Assembly: GCA_943357285.1 (NCBI GenBank)
Contig: CALRGJ010000006.1
Location: 10,428-74,427, forward strand
Direction of reading: 5' to 3'
DNA: 64,000 bases
DNA from: Candidatus Peribacteria bacterium
GTDB taxonomy: Bacteria; Patescibacteriota; Gracilibacteria; UBA1369; LOWO2-01-FULL-3
The notes beneath the pieces were generated by a model. It had not been told where the DNA came from. It worked only from the letters and a program-made list of their open reading frames with translations, and searched no databases. Shown here one piece after another: positions 1 through 7,676 of the stretch. The position numbers and the translations under genes are program-made. Position 1 is the stretch's first letter, and every line of letters starts with the position of its first letter.

Positions 1-155
1 TTTGGAGTATAACCACCGCTTTCGCAGGCAGACATCACAAAAGCCAATGCTGCTAGCAATTTAGTAGTTCTACCCACTCCGCGCAAAGACTGAAGAGATG
101 AGTCTCTTCCACTTTCTCCTTCTGGAATGTACTGTTTATCAGCCTCTGAAGCCAT
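1..155 (-). CDS. putative lipoprotein, 5' part only (gene runs off the window start)
   Basis: Reverse-strand ATG at 155-153 opens MASEADKQYIPEGESGRDSSLQSLRGVGRTTKLLAALAFVMSACESGGYTP. It has a lipobox-like VMSAC and stays open to the window edge. It is too short to appear in the supplied ORF track. Confidence 0.35.
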   Translation of the reverse strand, partial: MASEADKQYIPEGESGRDSSLQSLRGVGRTTKLLAALAFVMSACESGGYTP

Positions 156-226
156 AAAACTATTTTAAATCTATTTCAAAATAGACCAATATTGACAGAT
201 TGACAAATCGAGGAAGAGTAGTTGGC

Positions 227-255
227 TTGACACACCATAGGAATAGTTGCATAAT
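227..255 (+). promoter_or_regulatory. sigma-70-like promoter candidate for 321..1241
   Basis: TTGACA (227-232), 17-nt spacer, CATAAT (250-255), about 65 nt upstream of the ATG. Confidence 0.35.
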
Positions 256-320
256 TGTCGTCTTTCATCGTTGACTTTTCGTCAAAAGTTTAGTAAATTC
301 TCTCTACTCAAAAAACTAAT

Positions 321-1241
321 ATGTCAGATACAAATTTAGAAGATATTGTAGAGCCACAAGATGCTACACCCACAGCTGATGGTATTTCCACACCTGATGG
401 TTTTCATGCAGATGCTCTCTATATTGGGCTAAATGATCAACAATGTGAATTATTCGATCCTGAAGCTTTAGGATTAAGTGCTGAAGTTGCGAAGGAAGTT
501 GCAGCAGTGCTTAAAGGTGACTGTAAACCAATTTATCTGCGTCCAGATGTGCAAGATGCCACATGTGATATGCCGGAAACTGTTCCGGTTCAATCAAATT
601 TAAGATTTAATGGAACTATGTATGTGCTCGCAAATGAAGGAGGCTACGATCTTCAGAAAGGAGAAATGCTCTATAAAGCCTTTCAAGATGTATGTGATAA
701 ATATCCTGAGACTACTCTGAAAGCTATAGGAATAGAATTCAAGCCAACAGCCAAAGATTCTCCAACAATTATGCAGGCTAGAATTGAGCCATCCGATCTT
801 GGTGAATTGCTTTTACGTGTACATATCTGGCAAGGAAATGGACAGGTCTTTTCAATTGATGGACAGACTTTTCTTGATCTTGCATATGGTGACCAAATTC
901 TTCTAAGGAGTGAAGGAGGCGGACAAATGACTGTTTTGGAGGCTTTCTCCGTGCAGCCACCAAGTCAAACTTTTGAAACTGATACGATGAATTCTCCATT
1001 TAACGATGGATCTTCCCCTGATACCGGTGTCGATCACAAATTCACATCATATACTCAAGATCCAGGATGTTCTGCTCCTGGTGGAAAGCATATGCCTATT
1101 GATTCTCTCGGTTCAGTCTTTGCACTTGTAGCAGCTCTCTGGACAATGAGACAACTGAGGTTAAGGAGTGGAACAAGAGGGGACAGTGAGGTTATGACAG
1201 CAATTACAAGGATGTTATCATCTGGAGGAAAGAAGGAATAA
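321..1241 (+). CDS. hypothetical acidic protein with a single C-terminal hydrophobic segment
   Basis: 306-aa ORF with no N-terminal signal peptide. SLGSVFALVAALW is followed by RQLRLRSGTRG near the C-terminus. I recognise no family. Confidence 0.6.
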   Translation: MSDTNLEDIVEPQDATPTADGISTPDGFHADALYIGLNDQQCELFDPEALGLSAEVAKEVAAVLKGDCKPIYLRPDVQDATCDMPETVPVQSNLRFNGTMYVLANEGGYDLQKGEMLYKAFQDVCDKYPETTLKAIGIEFKPTAKDSPTIMQARIEPSDLGELLLRVHIWQGNGQVFSIDGQTFLDLAYGDQILLRSEGGGQMTVLEAFSVQPPSQTFETDTMNSPFNDGSSPDTGVDHKFTSYTQDPGCSAPGGKHMPIDSLGSVFALVAALWTMRQLRLRSGTRGDSEVMTAITRMLSSGGKKE

Positions 1242-1313
1242 ACTCTTAAATCATCTCATTAACCTTCAAATTTAGCGCCAAATCTGGTATAATATAAAGA
1301 TTATTTTATCTTT

Positions 1314-3410
1314 ATGTTAAGCCATTTTTTGAAAAATAAGGTGTGGGCGGGAATTGGCATTGGTGCCATCGTAACTATCATCAGCTCAGTGGGTCTTTTT
1401 ATTGGTCTATTTTCTTCCGTGAATAGTGATCTCACGGACACGCTCTACACTCGTAATGAACCTTCAAAGAATATTGTGATTATTGCAGTAGATGATAAGA
1501 GTACTCAGGCAAATGCTCTGGGGCGCTTTAGTCAGTGGAAGAGATCAAATTTCACAAATCTTTTGAAAGTTCTGGAAAAAGAAAATGCTAAAGTTCTTAC
1601 TCTCGACTTTGTTTTTCATACTTTTAGTGATGGAGTTGATAGACAGAAGTTGTTGGAATTACAGTCTCAGGTAAAAAATGCTGATGAAAGCGAGAAGCTT
1701 AATGACTATCAGAGTTTTCTAAAAAATTATTCCAGCAATTTGAATCATCCAATTGATAATGAATTTGCTGATGAATTAGCAAAATTTCCTAATTTGGTTT
1801 TGGATGCCACTCTCAATCCGGATGGTGTGAGTCTCATTAAACCTCTTACGAAATTTATGACCACGGCGACACTCGGGTTTGCTACTGCGTATTTAGATGA
1901 GCGTGGAATAATGAAGGCTACTAGCCCAATTATTCATATTGCTGATGAAAATAAAGATTATGACGATATTGCTTTAGCGACGGCAAAAAAGTATTTAGGA
2001 AAAGAAAAGATTGAATTGCCACTTCAGAATGGCAAGATGCAAATTAACTTTTTTGGAGAACCGTATTCTTTTGAAATGATTTCTTTCATAGATGTTTTGA
2101 ATAAGAAATTTGCGAAGGATTTTTTCAAAGATAAAATTGTTTTAGTGGGTGGTACTTCATCTAAGGAGTTGCATGATGAATATCTCACGCCTCGTTCAAA
2201 CGTGACTCCTATGCCAGGAATTGAGATTATTGCGAATGAGATTCAGACGATTATTGATAGTAAATTTTTGACTATACAAAGTTCCGGTGCGGCGCTGTTT
2301 ACAATTGCTGTGATATCAATTGGTCTCGCGATTGCTCTCAACTATCTTAGTATTTGGCTCTCAGTCCTTGTAGCATTTGCTAGCATCCTGCTATATATTT
2401 TTACATCACACTTGCTCTATAGAAATGGAGTTATAGTTAATATGGTTTATCCATTTTCAGCAATTATTCTTACTTATCTCTCTAGCTGGATTTACAAATT
2501 TTTTATCGCCGATAGAAAAAAAAGAGAATTAAAATCTGCTTTCGGACATTATGTTAGTGGCGAATTAGTTGAGCAAATAAGCCAAAATCCAGATCTTGTG
2601 AAATTAGGAGGAGAGAAAAAAATGATTACTGTGTTTTTCTCGGACATCAAAGATTCCACTGCAATTTCTGAAAAAACTCCTATCGAAATGTGGGTTAGTC
2701 AGGTGAATGAATATTTTACCGAGATGGAAAATGTAGTAAAAAAATCCGGTGGTACTTTGGACAAATATGAGGGCGATGCAGTGATGGGTTTCTGGAATGC
2801 ACCGGTGCCTCAGAACGATCACGTATTTCGTGCTTACGCTTGTGCAATTGGTATGAGAAAAGCTCTCGTAGGATTGCATGCAAAATGGGCGACTGAAGGC
2901 AAACCTCTTATTGAATTTAGAATTGGAATTAATACCGGAGAAGCTCTCGTGGGTAACTTCGGTTCTAAGGATCGTTTCGATTTTACAGTGATGGGTGACA
3001 CGGTAAATACGGCTTCCAGACTGGAAAGCTCTGCGAATAAGACTTATGGCACTATGAACATAGTGGCTGGATTTGAGGCTACTAATTCTACATTTCCTCA
3101 GCTCCAAAACTTCACTATACGCGAAGTTGATACTGTTTATTTACCAGGTAAAAAAGAGCCTGTAAAACTCTACGAACTCATCGGTCTTGCCAGCGAATCT
3201 ACACCAGAAATTCAAAATACTATAAAAAATTACACTCAAGGTCTTGCCGCATATCGCTGCAAAGATTTTGCTACTGCAATTAAAAATTTCCAATTAATCT
3301 CCTCCGACAAACCCGCCCAAATCCTCCTCGCCCGCTGCCAAAAACTCCAAGCAGGGGAAAAGATTGCCGAGCTCGATGAGCAGATGATTTTCAGGATTCA
3401 GAATAAATAA
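1314..3410 (+). CDS. CHASE2 sensor domain-containing class III adenylate/guanylate cyclase
   Basis: N-terminal TM, then a CHASE2-like segment (IVIIAVDDKS...WKRSNFTNLLKVLEKENAKVLTLDFVF), then a TM cluster. The cyclase core follows (ITVFFSDIKDST...YEGDAVMGFWNAP...RIGINTGEALVGNFGS...FTVMGDTVNTASRLES), then a TPR-like tail. Confidence 0.9.
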   Translation: MLSHFLKNKVWAGIGIGAIVTIISSVGLFIGLFSSVNSDLTDTLYTRNEPSKNIVIIAVDDKSTQANALGRFSQWKRSNFTNLLKVLEKENAKVLTLDFVFHTFSDGVDRQKLLELQSQVKNADESEKLNDYQSFLKNYSSNLNHPIDNEFADELAKFPNLVLDATLNPDGVSLIKPLTKFMTTATLGFATAYLDERGIMKATSPIIHIADENKDYDDIALATAKKYLGKEKIELPLQNGKMQINFFGEPYSFEMISFIDVLNKKFAKDFFKDKIVLVGGTSSKELHDEYLTPRSNVTPMPGIEIIANEIQTIIDSKFLTIQSSGAALFTIAVISIGLAIALNYLSIWLSVLVAFASILLYIFTSHLLYRNGVIVNMVYPFSAIILTYLSSWIYKFFIADRKKRELKSAFGHYVSGELVEQISQNPDLVKLGGEKKMITVFFSDIKDSTAISEKTPIEMWVSQVNEYFTEMENVVKKSGGTLDKYEGDAVMGFWNAPVPQNDHVFRAYACAIGMRKALVGLHAKWATEGKPLIEFRIGINTGEALVGNFGSKDRFDFTVMGDTVNTASRLESSANKTYGTMNIVAGFEATNSTFPQLQNFTIREVDTVYLPGKKEPVKLYELIGLASESTPEIQNTIKNYTQGLAAYRCKDFATAIKNFQLISSDKPAQILLARCQKLQAGEKIAELDEQMIFRIQNK

Positions 3411-4760
3411 TTATTCTTTCCAATTCTTCATCACTCTTTCAAACACACTCTTTTCATACGCCTCCAAATCTTCAATTTTCACGCGCGCAACTCCCGTGCG
3501 AATCGCAGCTTCCGCGACCATTCTTGCTACTCTAGGCACTACACGGAGATCGAAAATTTTTGGTAAAACATAGCGATCGCTCAATCCATATTTCTCGCCG
3601 AATAATTCTTTTTCCTCTGGATAAGCACTCTCCAATAATCCCTTAATGAAGCCATCCACAGGATCGTTCACCAATGAAGCGATTGCTTGTACGGCGGCCA
3701 TTTTCATTTCCAAATTTACAGTGCTCGCACGAGTGTCCAATACTCCTCTGAAAATTCCAGGATAGCCCAAAACATTATTCACTTGGTTAGCAAAATCACT
3801 GCGGCCAGTTGCAACAATTCTTGCACCAGCTTTCAACGCTTCGTCCGGCATAATTTCCGGTACAGGATTTGCCATCGCGAAAATAATTGCATCCTTATTC
3901 ATCTTTTTCACACTCTCAGCTTTCAGCGCTCCAGCAGCAGAAACCCCAATAAATACATCCGCACCAGCTATCACGTCATCAAGCGTTTGCGCCGCACCAG
4001 TTTGCGCAAATTCCTTCTTCTGTGTATTCAAATCAGTCCTGCTATCAATAATTAATCCCTTCGTATCGCACACGAAAATATTTTCTTTTTTCGCACCAAA
4101 AGTTACCAATAATTTCGCACAGGCTATTCCCGCCGCACCAGCTCCGTTCATCACAAATTTCGCACTTTCAAATTTCTTGCCCACCACTTTCAAAGCATTA
4201 ATCAGTCCCGCACTCATCACAATTGCCGTCCCGAATTGATCGTCATGGAAAACCGCAATATCCATCATCTCATCTAGTCTCTCCTGAAGCTCAAAACACT
4301 CCGGCGCTTTAATATCTTCCAAATTAATTCCACAAAGATTTGGTTCCAAAACTCTTACCGCAGTAATAAAAGCTTCCATGCGTTCCTTCGGATCAGTGAT
4401 GTGCTTGAAGCTCATACAAATCGGATAAGCATCAATGTCCGCAAACTTTTTGAAAAGCACAGACTTTCCTTCCATTACAGGAATGCCAGCTTCTGGGCCA
4501 ATATTGCCAAGGCCTAGGATGGCCGTACCATCGCTGATCACCGCAACAGTGTTTCCACGATTAGTATACTTCCAAACATCGTCAGGATGGGCAGCAATCT
4601 CCTTACACACGGCACCAACGCCAGGAGTGTAGGCGAGTGAAAGGTCACGTTTATTATTTAAAGGTTTTGAAGGAGTAATTTGGATTTTTCCAGCAGGTGA
4701 CTGTGCATGATACGGAAGAGTAGCGGTGAAAAAATCGTCTTTAGGTGTCTGATCAGCCAT
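3411..4760 (-). CDS. NAD(P)-dependent malic enzyme (short form, no PTA-like domain)
   Basis: [43 protein letters not shown] and [17 protein letters not shown] are typical malic-enzyme motifs. Confidence 0.9.
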   Translation of the reverse strand: MADQTPKDDFFTATLPYHAQSPAGKIQITPSKPLNNKRDLSLAYTPGVGAVCKEIAAHPDDVWKYTNRGNTVAVISDGTAILGLGNIGPEAGIPVMEGKSVLFKKFADIDAYPICMSFKHITDPKERMEAFITAVRVLEPNLCGINLEDIKAPECFELQERLDEMMDIAVFHDDQFGTAIVMSAGLINALKVVGKKFESAKFVMNGAGAAGIACAKLLVTFGAKKENIFVCDTKGLIIDSRTDLNTQKKEFAQTGAAQTLDDVIAGADVFIGVSAAGALKAESVKKMNKDAIIFAMANPVPEIMPDEALKAGARIVATGRSDFANQVNNVLGYPGIFRGVLDTRASTVNLEMKMAAVQAIASLVNDPVDGFIKGLLESAYPEEKELFGEKYGLSDRYVLPKIFDLRVVPRVARMVAEAAIRTGVARVKIEDLEAYEKSVFERVMKNWKE

Positions 4761-4761
4761 A

Positions 4762-4791
4762 GAAAAATTGTTGCGTAATTAATTAACGCAA
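4762..4791 (-). terminator. hairpin plus T-run after the KilA-N gene, just upstream of the malic-enzyme start
   Basis: On the minus strand: TTGCGT-taattaatt-ACGCAA followed by caattttt. The stem arms are 4771-4776 and 4786-4791. Confidence 0.4.
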
Positions 4792-4820
4792 TTCTCCCAA
4801 AAAAACATAAGGAAAGCAAA

Positions 4821-5642
4821 CTACTTCAGCTTATTTAACGAAGGATGTCCAAGAATTGATTTCATCTGATCAATGGCGATCTGGTTGAGTTCTAGTAATC
4901 TGTGCTCGGGTGTGAGACCTCGCTTTATTAATACCGCATTCAGACTTTCAAGATTACACAACACAACCAATTGCTCAATAGTGGCATAGTCTCGCACATT
5001 TCCTTCTTTATCTGGATTATGTTCGCGCCATTCTTTTGCAGTCAGATTGAAAAGTGCCTTGTTCAACAAGTCTCCTTCGGTCGCATAGATAAATTTATCT
5101 GGTATGTTGCTGATTTTTAAAGGAATTAAATTTTGTTTTATTGCATCTGTATGAATTTTATAATTGACCTTAGCCAATTCTCTTTTTACATCCCATGATA
5201 AGGAAGACTGATTGTTTTCAGTTTCTTTGAGTCTCTGAAATTCTTTAATTAAATAAAGTTTAAATTCTGGACTGATCCAAGATGCAAATTCAAAAGCGAT
5301 ATCCTTGTGGGCGAAGGTGCCACCATTTTTACCAGATCTAGATATAAGACCAATCGCTCCAGTTTTGTTTATCCATCTTTGAGGTGATAATACAAAAGAA
5401 TTACTTCCAGCTTCAATCCTAAAGGGGTCGAATTCGACCCCTTTAAAATCAGGATTATTTAAGTTTTCCCAAATACCCAAGAACTCTATAGTAGCTTTAG
5501 AACGCATCCAGTTTTTAACAATATCCTTTGGTTCGAATTGATTTTTGAAACGTGCAATATCAGTAAGAGATATATAATCATCTTTGTTCTTCTGAAATAA
5601 TGAAATCTCCATACCTTTCACTTCAATTTTTTTATTTTCCAT
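4821..5642 (-). CDS. KilA-N domain-containing protein
   Basis: The N-terminus YISLTDIARFKN...VKNWMRSKATIEFLGIWENLNNPDF matches the KilA-N DNA-binding domain pattern. Confidence 0.8.
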   Translation of the reverse strand: MENKKIEVKGMEISLFQKNKDDYISLTDIARFKNQFEPKDIVKNWMRSKATIEFLGIWENLNNPDFKGVEFDPFRIEAGSNSFVLSPQRWINKTGAIGLISRSGKNGGTFAHKDIAFEFASWISPEFKLYLIKEFQRLKETENNQSSLSWDVKRELAKVNYKIHTDAIKQNLIPLKISNIPDKFIYATEGDLLNKALFNLTAKEWREHNPDKEGNVRDYATIEQLVVLCNLESLNAVLIKRGLTPEHRLLELNQIAIDQMKSILGHPSLNKLK

Positions 5643-5804
5643 ACTGAAAATGAGTTAAATATTAATTCAACTCAAAAGTGTACCCGGCAAAGTTAAAATT
5701 TTCTTAAATTAATTCTAAAATCTCATCAATCGCTCCCCTAAGCCATCTGTGCTTGCTTTTTCTTGATTTTCTGATAAAATTGTTTTCTATTATTAAAAAG
5801 ACTC

Positions 5805-6029
5805 ATGAGTAACAACGAAAATGGAGACCATTTACCTGATGGAGATGATGAATTTTCTAATCATCCTCTGACAAATACTCGTCCACAATTTGATCATCAT
5901 TCACCGGGAATTCCAGGTTTTAGAAGAACAGAGGGTCGTTCACAGGGTGGCGCGGCTACTGTAGTTTTCGAAAGTATAGGTAGAGAAGTTAGATCTGTAT
6001 ATGGTGATTTGGATGCATATAACGATTAG
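5805..6029 (+). CDS. hypothetical small protein (doubtful)
   Basis: 74-aa ORF in a 390-bp gap. No SD and no recognisable motif. Confidence 0.2.
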   Translation: MSNNENGDHLPDGDDEFSNHPLTNTRPQFDHHSPGIPGFRRTEGRSQGGAATVVFESIGREVRSVYGDLDAYND

Positions 6030-6032
6030 CCT

Positions 6033-7505
6033 CTAGATCCTCACAAACTGATCTCTCTCCGGACCTACTCCCACACCGGCGATTTTGCAGCCACAGAATT
6101 TTTCGATTTCTTTTATTAGGCTTTGAAGTTCTTTTGGCAATTTAGCGAATTTTCTCACGCTACTAACGTCTTCTTTAAAACACTTTTTGTAAGAAATATT
6201 TGCCTTCACGTTGTAGTAAGATTGCGCTGTGCCAGGTACATAATCAATTTCTTTTCCATCTAATTTGTATCCATCCACAATAGGCAAAACGCCTCTCTTT
6301 GTGCGCGCGAAAACATTCAACATATCACATTTATTAATCATCAATTCATTCACGCCATTCATCAAAATTGCATATTTTAATTGCACTAAATCAAACATTC
6401 CCACACGACGTGGACGAGCTGAAACCGTGCCGTATTCGTAAGACATCACACGCAAAGCCACACCGATATCAAAATAATCTCCAGAGCTTAAAAGTTTTTC
6501 AATATCATATTTTGCCTCAACAGCTTGAGGATATTTAGACATGCCATTGTCGTTCACCGCCATGCAATATTTTTCTGAACGATCTCCACCAAATTCGGAA
6601 GCAAAAGGCCCATTTCCTACGCGAGACATAATGGCCTTAGCTACACCAATAGTTTTGCGGTGATAAGAAGGGGAAAGATCTCCACCAACGTAAGCTGCAG
6701 CCGTAACAGTATTACTGGAAGTCACATAAGGTACAGAACCTTTAGTAATATCAAGCATGATAGATTGAGCTCCTTCAAAAAGAACCTTCGCCCCTTTTTG
6801 AACTTTTTTCTCGAGGAAAAGTGTGTCCGGCTCAATATAATCTTTTACACGATTGAAGAAACTTTCCATTTTTGCAACAAGTTCTTGTACTTCATTTGGA
6901 GTTGATTGCACACCATATTTGCCACATACAGCTAAATAATTTTCTTTGATTTTTTTGAAATATAATTGTGGATCGTCGAGAAGATCACCGAGTTTGATAT
7001 TGAGAAGTCTGTCGCCATCCATACGCAAAGCTTTATCCGCATAACAAGGACCGATTCCGTTTTTTGTCGTACCAATTGTTTTTCCAGTTTCAGCATCTAT
7101 GAGTAGGTGATGAGGCTGAATCACGCTGGCCTGACAAGAAATTCTGAGACGTTTGCTGAGATCGATTTTTGCTCCTTTAATATTCTTTAATTTTTCAATT
7201 TCTAGAGCTAATTTCTCCACATTCACTACGCAACCTGAACCAACGTATAAAGTTTTCCCAGGATAAAAAATTCCAGAAGGAACTTGATTCAAGGCTACTT
7301 TTCCTCCGTCTTTAGTTTCTATTGTGTGGCCGGCATTGGCACCTCCATTAAAACGCGCAATCACATCATAATCTTTGGCAATCATATCAACAATTCTCGC
7401 CTTTCCTTCGTCTCCATATTGAAGACCAATCAAGACATCGGCGTAACCGGCGCGACCGCGTGTAGACTTGGTCACCTTGGACTTTTTTGCGTTTTTTGCA
7501 GCCAT
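6033..7505 (-). CDS. purA: adenylosuccinate synthetase
   Basis: GLQYGDEGKARIVD...FNGGANAGHT P-loop region and the family-typical C-terminal half. I prefer the ATG at 7505; the ORF track starts at a TTG at 7532. About 22 aa of Lys-rich extension precede the conserved core. Confidence 0.92.
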   Translation of the reverse strand: MAAKNAKKSKVTKSTRGRAGYADVLIGLQYGDEGKARIVDMIAKDYDVIARFNGGANAGHTIETKDGGKVALNQVPSGIFYPGKTLYVGSGCVVNVEKLALEIEKLKNIKGAKIDLSKRLRISCQASVIQPHHLLIDAETGKTIGTTKNGIGPCYADKALRMDGDRLLNIKLGDLLDDPQLYFKKIKENYLAVCGKYGVQSTPNEVQELVAKMESFFNRVKDYIEPDTLFLEKKVQKGAKVLFEGAQSIMLDITKGSVPYVTSSNTVTAAAYVGGDLSPSYHRKTIGVAKAIMSRVGNGPFASEFGGDRSEKYCMAVNDNGMSKYPQAVEAKYDIEKLLSSGDYFDIGVALRVMSYEYGTVSARPRRVGMFDLVQLKYAILMNGVNELMINKCDMLNVFARTKRGVLPIVDGYKLDGKEIDYVPGTAQSYYNVKANISYKKCFKEDVSSVRKFAKLPKELQSLIKEIEKFCGCKIAGVGVGPERDQFVRI

Positions 7506-7625
7506 TTTTGAGGATTTTATGAACAGATTCAAATTAGCTCATTTGAAATGGAACGTCAAACCGGACAAAGCTAAGGCAGATTCAAGGAGTGGTGTCGCGT
7601 GAAGTACGCACCCAAAGTGTTACAT

Positions 7626-7659
7626 GGAAAAGGCCCACCCGACTTTCGTCGGGCAGGCC
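7626..7659 (-). terminator. rho-independent terminator of the M23 gene
   Basis: Minus strand: GGCCTGCCCGAC-GAAA-GTCGGGTGGGCC followed by TTTTCC, 18 nt after the stop at 7677. Confidence 0.65.
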
Positions 7660-7676
7660 CCTCGCATTTTCTCTGT

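Noticed and set aside
2604-3107. 167-aa antisense ORF inside the cyclase gene
   Set aside because: It lies opposite the best-conserved cyclase catalytic motifs and has no supporting signals.
7440-7532. Lys-rich N-terminal extension of PurA (MAAKNAKKSKVTKSTRGRAG) and the still longer TTG-initiated version
   Set aside because: I noted it in the feature entry only. Without homologues I cannot tell a real basic tail from a mis-set start, and the conserved core begins at GLQYGDEGK.
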